From a virus, in IMG/VR virus record IMGVR_UViG_3300025141_014429, positions 32,001 to 96,000 of that record: a stretch of 64,000 nucleotides of DNA; one strand, written 5' to 3'. Positions within the stretch are counted from its first letter, which is position 1. Each line of letters begins with the position of its first letter. Below the pieces are notes generated by a model that saw nothing but the letters and a program-made list of their open reading frames with translations, was not told where the DNA came from and made no database searches. The translations under genes were made by a program, and so were the position numbers. This document shows, in pieces, positions 8,516 through 16,965 of the stretch.

Positions 8516-9802
8516 ATGGACTTTATTGAACTTAAAGACAAGGAATTCCTAGAAAAATTACTTAGAGAGGAATACAAATCTTTTAAAAATTCTAGTGAAG
8601 ATGATACAGTTTATGAAAAAGGCTTTTTAGTAAAAGGAAAGTCTTTCAATTACTTAAATTCAAAAAGTGGAAATGAATCACAAAGTATATTTAGACCCCT
8701 GATAACAAATATATTTTCTGATTTAGAGTCGATTTATCCAGGACTAGGAGAACAATTTATTGATATTACTATGTCAGAAATTTCCAAACCCGGGTTTAAA
8801 GATGAGAAATTATCTGATATTGAAAACAGTATTAGTGAAATGATCAATGTAGTAAAGTCCAAGTCGATCAATATGTGTAAAAATGACTTTAGATATTTTG
8901 TTACAAATGAAATTTCTAAATGTAACAGAAAAATAATAAGAACAATTGTAGATAATATGAGAGTTTCTACAAGACTTTTTATTGAAGAAAGTCATATTGA
9001 TAAAAATATTATTCTTAAAACAAATAGTATAACATTTAATTTAGACTTTGATGGTGATTTTTTATTAAATAAACAAAAATGGGAAGCTAAAGACTATAAT
9101 TTTGTTATTATAGATGGTTTTATAGATACAGTAGGTGAAATATATCATCTGTTGCAAAATGCAAGTGAAAATAAAGAACCTTATGTAATATTTTGCAAAG
9201 GAATGAGCCCAGAGGTCAAAGATGTATTTTTGCAAAATTTAAAAAGAAGAACAATAAATGTTTTTCCTGTTTCGCTAGATATCAATGAATTGAATGTTAA
9301 TATTCTTATTGATTTTGCAATGCTTCATGGATCAGATGTTGTTAGTTCATTAAAAGGTGAAACAATATCAATAGCAATAAGGCGAAAACTTAAGAAAGGA
9401 CAAAAAATAAGCATAGATAAAAACGGAATTAATTTTAAACCATTAATATCCGACAACATTATTGCAAGGCATGTAGAATACTTAGAAAAAAGAAAAGCAG
9501 CGTCTAGTATAGAAGTAAATACAGAAATATTAGAAAAAAGAATAAAGATGTTATCAGCTGATAAAATTATATTAAAAATAGATAAAAGTGACAGTATTTT
9601 GGCAAGAGATGTAAAAAAGACTTTGTTCTTTCTTAAAACAGGATCTTCGGGAGTGTTTTACGGTAAGAAAAATCATATTACAGAATTAAAGATAATTCCA
9701 ACATACTCAATAATTCATCTACTTAAGAAAACTTTGTCATTCTTAAAAACAATTTACACTATTGATTGCGCAGTTATAATTAGAAAGAAAACTGGTCAAT
9801 AG
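8516..9802 (+). CDS. Divergent GroEL/Cpn60-like protein (apical domain recognisable, ATP-binding motif absent)
   Basis: FVIIDGFIDTVGEIYHLLQNASENKEPYVIFCKGMSPEV...LIDFAMLHGSDVVSSLKGE aligns by eye with the GroEL apical domain, and LEKRIKML follows. There is no GDGTTT. Start placed at ATG 8516, 4 nt after the prkA stop. Confidence 0.6.
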   Translation: MDFIELKDKEFLEKLLREEYKSFKNSSEDDTVYEKGFLVKGKSFNYLNSKSGNESQSIFRPLITNIFSDLESIYPGLGEQFIDITMSEISKPGFKDEKLSDIENSISEMINVVKSKSINMCKNDFRYFVTNEISKCNRKIIRTIVDNMRVSTRLFIEESHIDKNIILKTNSITFNLDFDGDFLLNKQKWEAKDYNFVIIDGFIDTVGEIYHLLQNASENKEPYVIFCKGMSPEVKDVFLQNLKRRTINVFPVSLDINELNVNILIDFAMLHGSDVVSSLKGETISIAIRRKLKKGQKISIDKNGINFKPLISDNIIARHVEYLEKRKAASSIEVNTEILEKRIKMLSADKIILKIDKSDSILARDVKKTLFFLKTGSSGVFYGKKNHITELKIIPTYSIIHLLKKTLSFLKTIYTIDCAVIIRKKTGQ

Positions 9803-9810
9803 GAGAAATA

Positions 9811-10038
9811 ATGGCTTTAAAAGAATCTGATGTTACGAGATCATTTATAACAGTAGTTAGTCACGTAAAAAATCAAACAAAAAACAATGTTGTATTGGCA
9901 CATCAAAAAGGTATGTTTGGAGAGCTTAATAAGAGTCAAATTGAAAGAATATGCAATATTATTGAAAGCTCAATTGAACAAGCAGCAACTGCTGCTATAG
10001 CTTCAGAAGCAAGAGGATTAGCAAAAGCTTCAGAATAG
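9811..10038 (+). CDS. Hypothetical protein (75 aa)
   Basis: AGGAG RBS, tight operon spacing, helical composition. Confidence 0.6.
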   Translation: MALKESDVTRSFITVVSHVKNQTKNNVVLAHQKGMFGELNKSQIERICNIIESSIEQAATAAIASEARGLAKASE

Positions 10039-10041
10039 TCT

Positions 10042-10533
10042 ATGACCAAGTACAAAGGAATTAAGCATCTTATTGAATGTCATTGTATTTTACCTCAATA
10101 CAAGCGGCGAGATCCGCCTTTTTATCATAAATTTACTGTGTACTCTAAAATAATAGATGGTTTAGTTTATGAAAAATATGCACAATGTAATAATTGTGAC
10201 ATTGTGCATAAAGTTTTTGATATATGCAAATCTGAAATAGTTGTAGGTAAAGAAGAGTTTAATACAGGTTTGACAATATCTGACATGTCTCTACAGTTGT
10301 CAGATAAATTAAGTATGCTACTTTCTAATAGTAACTGTGACTATGCAACATGGGAACATGTACTTGATATCATAGATGAAGAAAGGTGGGAAGAACCTGT
10401 TGTAATTAAAAGAGAAATAGTAGATGATAAGACAGTTGTAAAAATTTTAAAAATACAATCAGGTGAAAGAATTAAGATACAGACAAAAACTATAGAGGAT
10501 CAATTAGTAGGAGAGTACTATGAAAATAGGTAA
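10042..10533 (+). CDS. Hypothetical protein with possible Zn-binding Cys/His motifs
   Basis: ECHC near the N-terminus and QCNNCDIVH...C in the middle. In-operon spacing. Confidence 0.6.
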   Translation: MTKYKGIKHLIECHCILPQYKRRDPPFYHKFTVYSKIIDGLVYEKYAQCNNCDIVHKVFDICKSEIVVGKEEFNTGLTISDMSLQLSDKLSMLLSNSNCDYATWEHVLDIIDEERWEEPVVIKREIVDDKTVVKILKIQSGERIKIQTKTIEDQLVGEYYENR

Positions 10534-10789
10534 AACAGAAAGTGAGAAAGATATCAAAAATATCCAAGAGTCTAGAGAAATTGTTAAAACTATAATAGAT
10601 TACGGTGTCAATGAAGAGCATAAGGTGAACATACTTTATTTTTTATCTCTTGAATTAGAAAATAGATCTGCGCTTGAGGATATAACTAAAATTTTAAAAA
10701 AATATAGGTCTGGTATTAAACCTGATGAAGAATCACAGTATGATGATAAAGAACCTGATGGCGATAATAGAAAGCTATTAGGGGTTTGA
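10520..10789 (+). CDS. Hypothetical protein (89 aa)
   Basis: GGAG RBS upstream and overlap with the previous gene. Confidence 0.6.
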   Translation: MKIGKTESEKDIKNIQESREIVKTIIDYGVNEEHKVNILYFLSLELENRSALEDITKILKKYRSGIKPDEESQYDDKEPDGDNRKLLGV

Positions 10790-10808
10790 CAAATTTAAGG
10801 AGTGAAAA

Positions 10809-11012
10809 ATGTCTGAATCAAACTTACTTTTAGGACAGTGGGAAGAGTTGAAAACTTTAGTTGAGTCCCTAGAGAGCGATATACAAAAAAACGCTGTCAA
10901 AGGAAATAAATCAGCAGGAGTTAGAGTTAGAAAAGGTCTAAGGCTAGTAAAAAAGCAAGCTACAGAACTGGTCAAAGCAACACTAAATAATGACAAAGCA
11001 GAAGAAGCTTAG
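10809..11012 (+). CDS. Histone H1-like nucleoid protein (Hc1 family)
   Basis: WEELKTLVESLESDIQKNAVKGNKSAGVRVRKGLRLVKKQATEL matches the Hc1-type pattern (l...l..D..K...kGNk.AG.R.RK.l..lk). AAGGAG RBS. Confidence 0.7.
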   Translation: MSESNLLLGQWEELKTLVESLESDIQKNAVKGNKSAGVRVRKGLRLVKKQATELVKATLNNDKAEEA

Positions 11013-11037
11013 TATTTATATTTTCCATAATTTGTTT

Positions 11038-11066
11038 AAAAGCTCACTTTATGTGAGCTTTTTTTT
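11038..11066. terminator. Bidirectional Rho-independent terminator
   Basis: AAAAGCTCAC-TTTAT-GTGAGCTTTT followed by a T-run, lying between convergent genes 10809(+) and 11289(-). Confidence 0.8.
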
Positions 11067-11289
11067 ATAAATTAATTTTCTTTTTAATCTTTTTAAGAAC
11101 TTGTTTTTCTATTTGACAAATTCTCATTCTTGTTACATTAAAAAGATTCCCTATATCTTGAAGGGTCCATTCTTTTCTTTTTGTTCCTACAATTACACAA
11201 TTACCAGATGATTTATCTTTGATCCAATATCTGCACGCTTTTAATTTACAGCCTGTGCAATTTTGTTCTTGAAACTTATAACATTTCAT
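11065..11289 (-). CDS. Stand-alone sigma-70 region-4 HTH protein with Cys-rich N-terminus
   Basis: WTLQDIGNLFNVTRMRICQIEKQVLKKI matches sigma4.2 (TLEEIG..f.vTRERIRQIE..aL.Kl). There are five Cys in the N-terminal half. Start placed at ATG 11289 behind AAGGAG. Confidence 0.7.
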   Translation of the reverse strand: MKCYKFQEQNCTGCKLKACRYWIKDKSSGNCVIVGTKRKEWTLQDIGNLFNVTRMRICQIEKQVLKKIKKKINL

Positions 11290-11365
11290 TCTCACTCCTT
11301 ATACTAGAAATAGTTTAAGCATATTATACACAGATGAGATAATTAAGAACAATAAGGAGTTAATT

Positions 11366-12688
11366 TTGTCTAAACTAAAAAACCGAAAACTATTTGTAAT
11401 TGATACTAGTGTTCTACTTTATGATAAATCATCAATACACTCATTCCCAGGAAATGACTTAATCATACCATTAGTTGTTCTAGACGAATTAGACAGATTC
11501 AAAGACAAGAAAGGAATTGTTGGTGAAAATGCAAGATATATAAATCGCTATCTTGACAACCTTAGAAGTACAGGAAAGCTTTATCAAGGAATAGAGATAC
11601 AAAATAAACAAACAATTAGAGTTGAATTAGGTGGAATGAGAGATGTTCCTGTTGGATTGGATCCTAATCTTGCAGATAATAAAATCATTTCTGTTGCCAT
11701 GAATTTGCAAGGAAAAACAAAGCAAAAGGTTGTAGTTGTCACTAAAGATATAAATTTCAGAGTTAAATGTGATGCATTAAGTATACTTGCAGAAGACTAC
11801 TATAAAGACAAAATCATTGAAAGTTCAGAAGAAATATATCAAGGGCACATTGAAATAGACGTTGAAAGTAGTTTCATTGATGATGTCTACAGCGAAAAAA
11901 TTAAAAACATATCAGACATTGAAGAATTATGTCAAAAAAGAATTTATGAAAATCATTTTTTCTGTCTAAAGAATGGTAGTCAGTCTTTCATAGGAATGAA
12001 CAACGGAGGACAAGTAAAAAAAGCTCCTGAAAATTCTCAACTTTTAGAAGATTTCATGGGTATCAAGCCAAGAAATAGAGAACAGGTATATGCCTTAAAT
12101 CTACTATGTGATGAAAATATTCCTCTTGTTTCACTTGCCGGTCTTGCTGGGTCAGGAAAAACTTTCTTAACACTTATGGCTGCGATTGATTCACTTAATA
12201 AGAAAAAGTATGAGAGGATTGTAATAACAAGAAATATACAACCTGTAGGTAGAGACATTGGTTTTTTACCTGGAGACGTTAACGATAAGATGATGCCTTG
12301 GATGGCACCAATTATGGATAACTTTAGACATGGGCTAAAAGATAAGAACTTAATGTATTTTCATGCAATGAAAGATAAAGGACATATAGAAATAGCACCA
12401 CTTTCATTCATCAGAGGTAGAACATTTTCAAATACATTTCTCATACTTGACGAAGCTCAAAATGCATCCATTCATGAACTTAAGACAGTAATTACAAGAA
12501 TGGGAGAAAATAGCAAAATTGTGTTACTTGGAGACATTGATCAAATTGATACGCCTTATTTAGATTCGCTTTCAAACGGTCTAACAATTGTTGCAGAAAA
12601 GTTTAAAGAGAGTAATTTAGCAGGTCATGTCTTACTTAAAAAAGGTGAGAGATCTTCACTGGCAACAATAGCTTCGAAGATAATTTAG
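11366..12688 (+). CDS. phoH: PIN-PhoH fusion (PhoH2/YlaK type)
   Basis: PIN motifs VIDTSVLL, VLDELD, DNKII and VTKDINFR. PhoH motifs GLAGSGKT, IGFLPG, RGRTF, LDEAQN and LGDIDQID. TTG start behind AAGGAG. Confidence 0.92.
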   Translation: MSKLKNRKLFVIDTSVLLYDKSSIHSFPGNDLIIPLVVLDELDRFKDKKGIVGENARYINRYLDNLRSTGKLYQGIEIQNKQTIRVELGGMRDVPVGLDPNLADNKIISVAMNLQGKTKQKVVVVTKDINFRVKCDALSILAEDYYKDKIIESSEEIYQGHIEIDVESSFIDDVYSEKIKNISDIEELCQKRIYENHFFCLKNGSQSFIGMNNGGQVKKAPENSQLLEDFMGIKPRNREQVYALNLLCDENIPLVSLAGLAGSGKTFLTLMAAIDSLNKKKYERIVITRNIQPVGRDIGFLPGDVNDKMMPWMAPIMDNFRHGLKDKNLMYFHAMKDKGHIEIAPLSFIRGRTFSNTFLILDEAQNASIHELKTVITRMGENSKIVLLGDIDQIDTPYLDSLSNGLTIVAEKFKESNLAGHVLLKKGERSSLATIASKII

Positions 12689-12706
12689 ATAAATTTAATA
12701 TTGTCG

Positions 12707-12715
12707 GATATTTAT
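12707..12715 (+). promoter_or_regulatory. Candidate late-promoter motif (RATAWTTAW)
   Basis: GATATTTAT begins 25 nt before ATG 12732. The same motif lies at 3175, 11338, 42365 and 55201 at similar distances from starts. Confidence 0.4.
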
Positions 12716-12731
12716 ACCATGAGGAACAATC

Positions 12732-13064
12732 ATGGCAAAGCGAGATAAAAATAGATTTAGAAAAACATATCCTTATTTGAGAAGAAAACCGGTTTTTGAA
12801 ACTGTGTTAGGCGGCGGGTCTAGTATTGGAGAAATTGAAGTAGGCATCATAAGTTACAATAAGACAGATGTCGGTACACATACCTTTACTACGTCTTTCA
12901 GTTCAGTACCCACAATAACAGCAGTTGCGGCAGAAACATCAGGTGGTACTCCTGCAAATGTAAATGTTTATGTTGAAGCTGTCGACTTAGGGTCAGTTCA
13001 AATAAGAGTTAGCGATGCAAACTTTGTAGGAAACGTTCATTTTCACGCAATAACTCCGAGTTAG
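12732..13064 (+). CDS. Small beta-sandwich (H-type lectin / tail-associated-like) protein
   Basis: Basic N-terminus, then F...FSSVP.I.A...NVNVYVE.V....VQIRVSD, which resembles H-lectin-like tail domains. Paralogous to the next gene. Confidence 0.45.
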   Translation: MAKRDKNRFRKTYPYLRRKPVFETVLGGGSSIGEIEVGIISYNKTDVGTHTFTTSFSSVPTITAVAAETSGGTPANVNVYVEAVDLGSVQIRVSDANFVGNVHFHAITPS

Positions 13065-13067
13065 ATC

Positions 13068-13292
13068 ATGTCATCATTTACAATAGAAGTTCATAGCGTA
13101 ACGTTTACAGGAAGCAGTCAGCAATCTATTTCTTTTTCTAATTCTTACATATCAGTACCATCTGTGGCGGTAGTTGCTGACTCTGATAATGTCAACGCTT
13201 ACATAGAAAATATTACGACTACTGGCGCAACAATAAGAGTTAGTGACGATATATTTAATGGAACTGTTCAAGTACAAGTAATTGGAATTTAG
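13068..13292 (+). CDS. Small beta-sandwich protein, paralog of 12732..13064
   Basis: SISFSNSYISVPSVAVVADSDNVNAYIENITTTGATIRVSD aligns with the upstream ORF. Confidence 0.45.
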   Translation: MSSFTIEVHSVTFTGSSQQSISFSNSYISVPSVAVVADSDNVNAYIENITTTGATIRVSDDIFNGTVQVQVIGI

Positions 13293-13300
13293 GAGACACA

Positions 13301-14953
13301 ATGCCATCAAAAGATTTTACATCAAATCAAATTAGAGTAACAAAATTAATAGCTTCAGGAGGCCTTTCAGGTGGAGGAGCTCAGGCAGGAAACAATATAG
13401 GCATAGCTATTTATTCTGCATCTGATGCATCAGATGTTGCTGGAGGAATAGCTGACTCATCTATGCTTGATAAAGTTGGAAAAGATGTTTTTATGTTTAT
13501 ATCGGGTAGCACCACACCAAAAGGTAAGGATCACATAGAAGGATCAATAACTTTAATAGGGGGTGACCTTCATGTCTCTGGTGCATTGACAACAACAGGA
13601 ATTCTGTCAGGTGCTATACCTCCAGCAAGTATACTCGGCAGTGCTAATAGAATTCCTTTTTACAATAATGCTGCACCCCATAGTTTGACTAGTGATTCAC
13701 AGTTTAAATATTTTCATACAACAACAAATAAAGGGTTTTTGATGGGAGGCCCATCAAGTATTGTAGCTTCAAATGCTGCTAAATTATCTGTTGCCGCAGA
13801 ACTTGGTGTCGATTGCCAAGGACAGAATGATCCATCAAAATACGCACTAATGGTAAACGGGTTTAAAGACGATGGTGGTGGTGGTGTGAGCCTTGTTGAT
13901 ACAGAAGGTGGTGTAGGACTTGGGTTCTCTAGAAACTATACAGATGTAGGTGCCAGTATTGTTCATGATTCTTATGCCTCCTCAACAGGTGATTACTCAA
14001 GAGGAAGTCTTAAGTTCTTCAACAAAAATAACAACACCGACGGAGGAGTTCAGGCACAATGTTTTGAAATCGTAGGATCACACAATGGTTTAGTTAGAGC
14101 TACAGCAGGTCTTTCCATTGATGGTGGACTTATGGGTGGAATGTTTAATGTTGGTGACCCTACTATGGCTTCTGTAGGCTCAGGCACACGTCATCTTGAA
14201 TTTGACAAAAGAACAATGCAAGCTAAGGGTGATGAATGGGTACCTATGGTAGAAACGCATACAGGGGTTAAAACACTAAATACACTTTATATACATCCTT
14301 ACGGTGGTCATGTTTCAATAGGATATGACGGGATTACTAGACGTCCTTTACCTAATAGCATGCTAAGAGTAGCATCAGCTTCAATTTATGAAACTTCAGT
14401 AAATACTAATAGATATGTAGCTGACTTTAGGCATACAACTTGGAATGGAGACTCATCAGGTTCACCTAATCCAGGTGATGCTCAACATGGTGGTATAAGA
14501 ATTCAATGTGGTCAATATGCTGCCAGCGCAGATGACTCTGCATTGTGGATTAATTTCTTTGATGGAGATGGAACAGGTGGTTCACTAGGTAGAATTGCTA
14601 TGAAGAATGGAGTTGGCGCATTCTTGTGGAATAGTTCAGATGAGAGGATTAAGGCAGATATAAAACCTACATCTGTTAATGCGCTCAGTTTATTAAATAA
14701 GATAAATCTAAAATCCTTTAAAAAAGTACATAAGTCAGGAATTACTGGTTCTGCAAACCCAATTGGATTCGTTGCGCAAGATGTTGAAAGTTCAATTCCA
14801 GAATTAGTATCTGATTATAATGACGAAGCTTATGATTTCAAAGTCAAAAGTCTTGGATATTCTGGATTTGTTCCATATCTTGTAAAGGCTGTTCAAGAAT
14901 TAAGTGCAGAAAACGATGCTTTAAAAGCTAGGATTGAAGCTTTAGAAAATTAA
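13301..14953 (+). CDS. Tail fibre/spike protein with C-terminal peptidase S74 intramolecular chaperone
   Basis: Gly/Ser-rich beta-type body. The C-terminus SSDERIK...IGFVAQDVE..PELV...LVKAVQELSAEN..LKARIEALE is the S74 (ICA) signature plus coiled coil. Confidence 0.85.
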   Translation: MPSKDFTSNQIRVTKLIASGGLSGGGAQAGNNIGIAIYSASDASDVAGGIADSSMLDKVGKDVFMFISGSTTPKGKDHIEGSITLIGGDLHVSGALTTTGILSGAIPPASILGSANRIPFYNNAAPHSLTSDSQFKYFHTTTNKGFLMGGPSSIVASNAAKLSVAAELGVDCQGQNDPSKYALMVNGFKDDGGGGVSLVDTEGGVGLGFSRNYTDVGASIVHDSYASSTGDYSRGSLKFFNKNNNTDGGVQAQCFEIVGSHNGLVRATAGLSIDGGLMGGMFNVGDPTMASVGSGTRHLEFDKRTMQAKGDEWVPMVETHTGVKTLNTLYIHPYGGHVSIGYDGITRRPLPNSMLRVASASIYETSVNTNRYVADFRHTTWNGDSSGSPNPGDAQHGGIRIQCGQYAASADDSALWINFFDGDGTGGSLGRIAMKNGVGAFLWNSSDERIKADIKPTSVNALSLLNKINLKSFKKVHKSGITGSANPIGFVAQDVESSIPELVSDYNDEAYDFKVKSLGYSGFVPYLVKAVQELSAENDALKARIEALEN

Positions 14954-15030
14954 GAATCTATGTAATAATTAAAAAATAGTTTTATCTCTTGGTCAATAAG
15001 CTGTATTATTGGCACAAAAGGAGATAAAAT

Positions 15031-16965
15031 ATGTTAACTAGTCCATTTGACACAGGAAGTGTTAGTAGGTTTGATTCAAACAAATTTAATCAAGCACAAG
15101 TTATTTTTGTTGCAGATATGTTTGTCGATGAATATGTTGGAGGTGCTGAACTTACAACTCAAGCACTTATAGATTCTGCTACAACTCCAACTTACTGGGT
15201 AAAAGCTAATCAGATTACACCTGAATTAATCCAAGCAGGTGTAGGTAAACATTGGGTATTCTGCAATTACACATCAATGCAACAACAACTTATTCCTGTG
15301 GTTATTGCCAATCTAAGTTATTCAATCATAGAATACGATTATAAATTTTGCAAGTATCGATCAATTGAGAAGCATGAAGTTGCCGAAGGAAAACCTTGTG
15401 ACTGTCATGATGAAATGCAAGGAAAATTAACGTCAGCATTCTTTCACGGTGCTGACAATGTTTTCTGGATGTCACAGAAGCAGTCAGATTTGTACGTGGA
15501 ACGTTTTCCTTTTCTTTCCGGTGGTAATAATCATATTTTATCTTCTGTGTTCTCTATTAACACTCTAGATAAGCTAAAAGAACTAAGAAGTAAATATCGC
15601 GGCAAGAAAAACGACAAGTGGTTAATAATTGGCTCTACAAGCTGGATTAAGGGTGCAAGTGAGTCAGAAGAGACTTGCAAAATAAATAATTTAGAATACG
15701 AAACAGTCTGGGGTTTACCTTATGAGGAAATGCTAGAAAAATTGGCACAATCAAAAGGACATGTTTACTCTCCTCCTGGTGGAGATACATGCCCAAGAGT
15801 CGTTATAGAGGCTAAACTTTTAGGCTGTGATCTTTTAATTAACGATAATGTCCAGCACAAATATGAAGACTGGTTCAATAGCAGGGTTGAGGTAATTGAT
15901 GAGTATCTAAGAGAGTCACCAGATAGATTCTGGAAAGTTATTGAAAGTCAAATCAATCATGTACCTACTATTAGTGGCTATACAACAACACGTAATTGTA
16001 TTTCTCAAAAATATCCCTTTAAGCAATGTATTGAGTCACTTTTAGGATTTTGTGATCAGGTTGTTGTTGTAGATGGCGGTTCCACAGATGGGACGTGGGA
16101 GGCTCTGGAGGAACTTTCTGTCGCAAATGATAGAATTATCATTGCACAAAACAAAAGGGACTGGGACCACCCTCGCTTCGCTGTATTTGATGGTTTACAA
16201 AAGGCTTACGCTAGAAGTTTATGTACTGGAGAATGGTGTTGGCAAATGGACTCAGATGAGGTTGTTCATGAGAAAGATTATGGCAAAGTAAAGGAAGTTA
16301 TTAAAAGATTACCTAAAGCAACAGATCTCATTGCATTACCTGTTATTGAATACTGGGGAGGCCCAGAGAAAGTTCGCATAGATGTTAATCCTTGGAAATG
16401 GAGGCTGAGTAGAAATAGAAAATATATTACACATGGAATACCTAAACAACTTAGAGTCATTGATGAAGAAGATCAATTATATGCTAGGCCAGGAACTGAC
16501 GGATGTGATTATATTGATACAGAGACACATGAAATAATACCTTGCACAACATTTTACACAAAAGAAGTGCACCAGCTTAGAGAAAATGCATTTAAAAATG
16601 GTAATCAAGGTGTAAATGGTTACGAAAATTGGTATAATCAAATAGTAAACGTTCTGCCTAGTGTTTATCATTATTCTTGGTTTGACATAGAGAGGAAAAT
16701 CAAGACTTATCGTGGATACTGGACAAAGCATTGGCAAAGTCTATATAATATTAAACAAGAAGATACTCCTGAAAACAACATGTTTTTTAAAAAGAAATGG
16801 TCTGATGTAGCAGATGAAGAAATAGAACAGTTATCAAAAGAGCTAGGAGAGAAAATGGGTGGTTGGATATTTCATGAGCCCATTAACTTTAATAAACCTA
16901 CACCTTGGGTAAAAATAAATAGAGGTCAACCTGAGTTGATGAAAAGTTGGAATGATAAGAAATAA
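15031..16965 (+). CDS. Two-domain glycosyltransferase (GT-B-like N-terminal half + GT2/GT-A C-terminal half)
   Basis: N-half: VADMF...GGAE and DTCPRVVIEAKLLGC (GT4-like). C-half: ISGYTTTRN...CIESLL..CDQVVVVDGGSTDGT and WQMDSDEV (GT2). Confidence 0.8.
   Translation: MLTSPFDTGSVSRFDSNKFNQAQVIFVADMFVDEYVGGAELTTQALIDSATTPTYWVKANQITPELIQAGVGKHWVFCNYTSMQQQLIPVVIANLSYSIIEYDYKFCKYRSIEKHEVAEGKPCDCHDEMQGKLTSAFFHGADNVFWMSQKQSDLYVERFPFLSGGNNHILSSVFSINTLDKLKELRSKYRGKKNDKWLIIGSTSWIKGASESEETCKINNLEYETVWGLPYEEMLEKLAQSKGHVYSPPGGDTCPRVVIEAKLLGCDLLINDNVQHKYEDWFNSRVEVIDEYLRESPDRFWKVIESQINHVPTISGYTTTRNCISQKYPFKQCIESLLGFCDQVVVVDGGSTDGTWEALEELSVANDRIIIAQNKRDWDHPRFAVFDGLQKAYARSLCTGEWCWQMDSDEVVHEKDYGKVKEVIKRLPKATDLIALPVIEYWGGPEKVRIDVNPWKWRLSRNRKYITHGIPKQLRVIDEEDQLYARPGTDGCDYIDTETHEIIPCTTFYTKEVHQLRENAFKNGNQGVNGYENWYNQIVNVLPSVYHYSWFDIERKIKTYRGYWTKHWQSLYNIKQEDTPENNMFFKKKWSDVADEEIEQLSKELGEKMGGWIFHEPINFNKPTPWVKINRGQPELMKSWNDKK

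Noticed and set aside
11013-11020. T4-type late promoter TATAAATA on the minus strand driving ORF 10778..10996
   Set aside because: The target ORF is just the antisense shadow of the Hc1 gene, and an all-A/T octamer is expected by chance.
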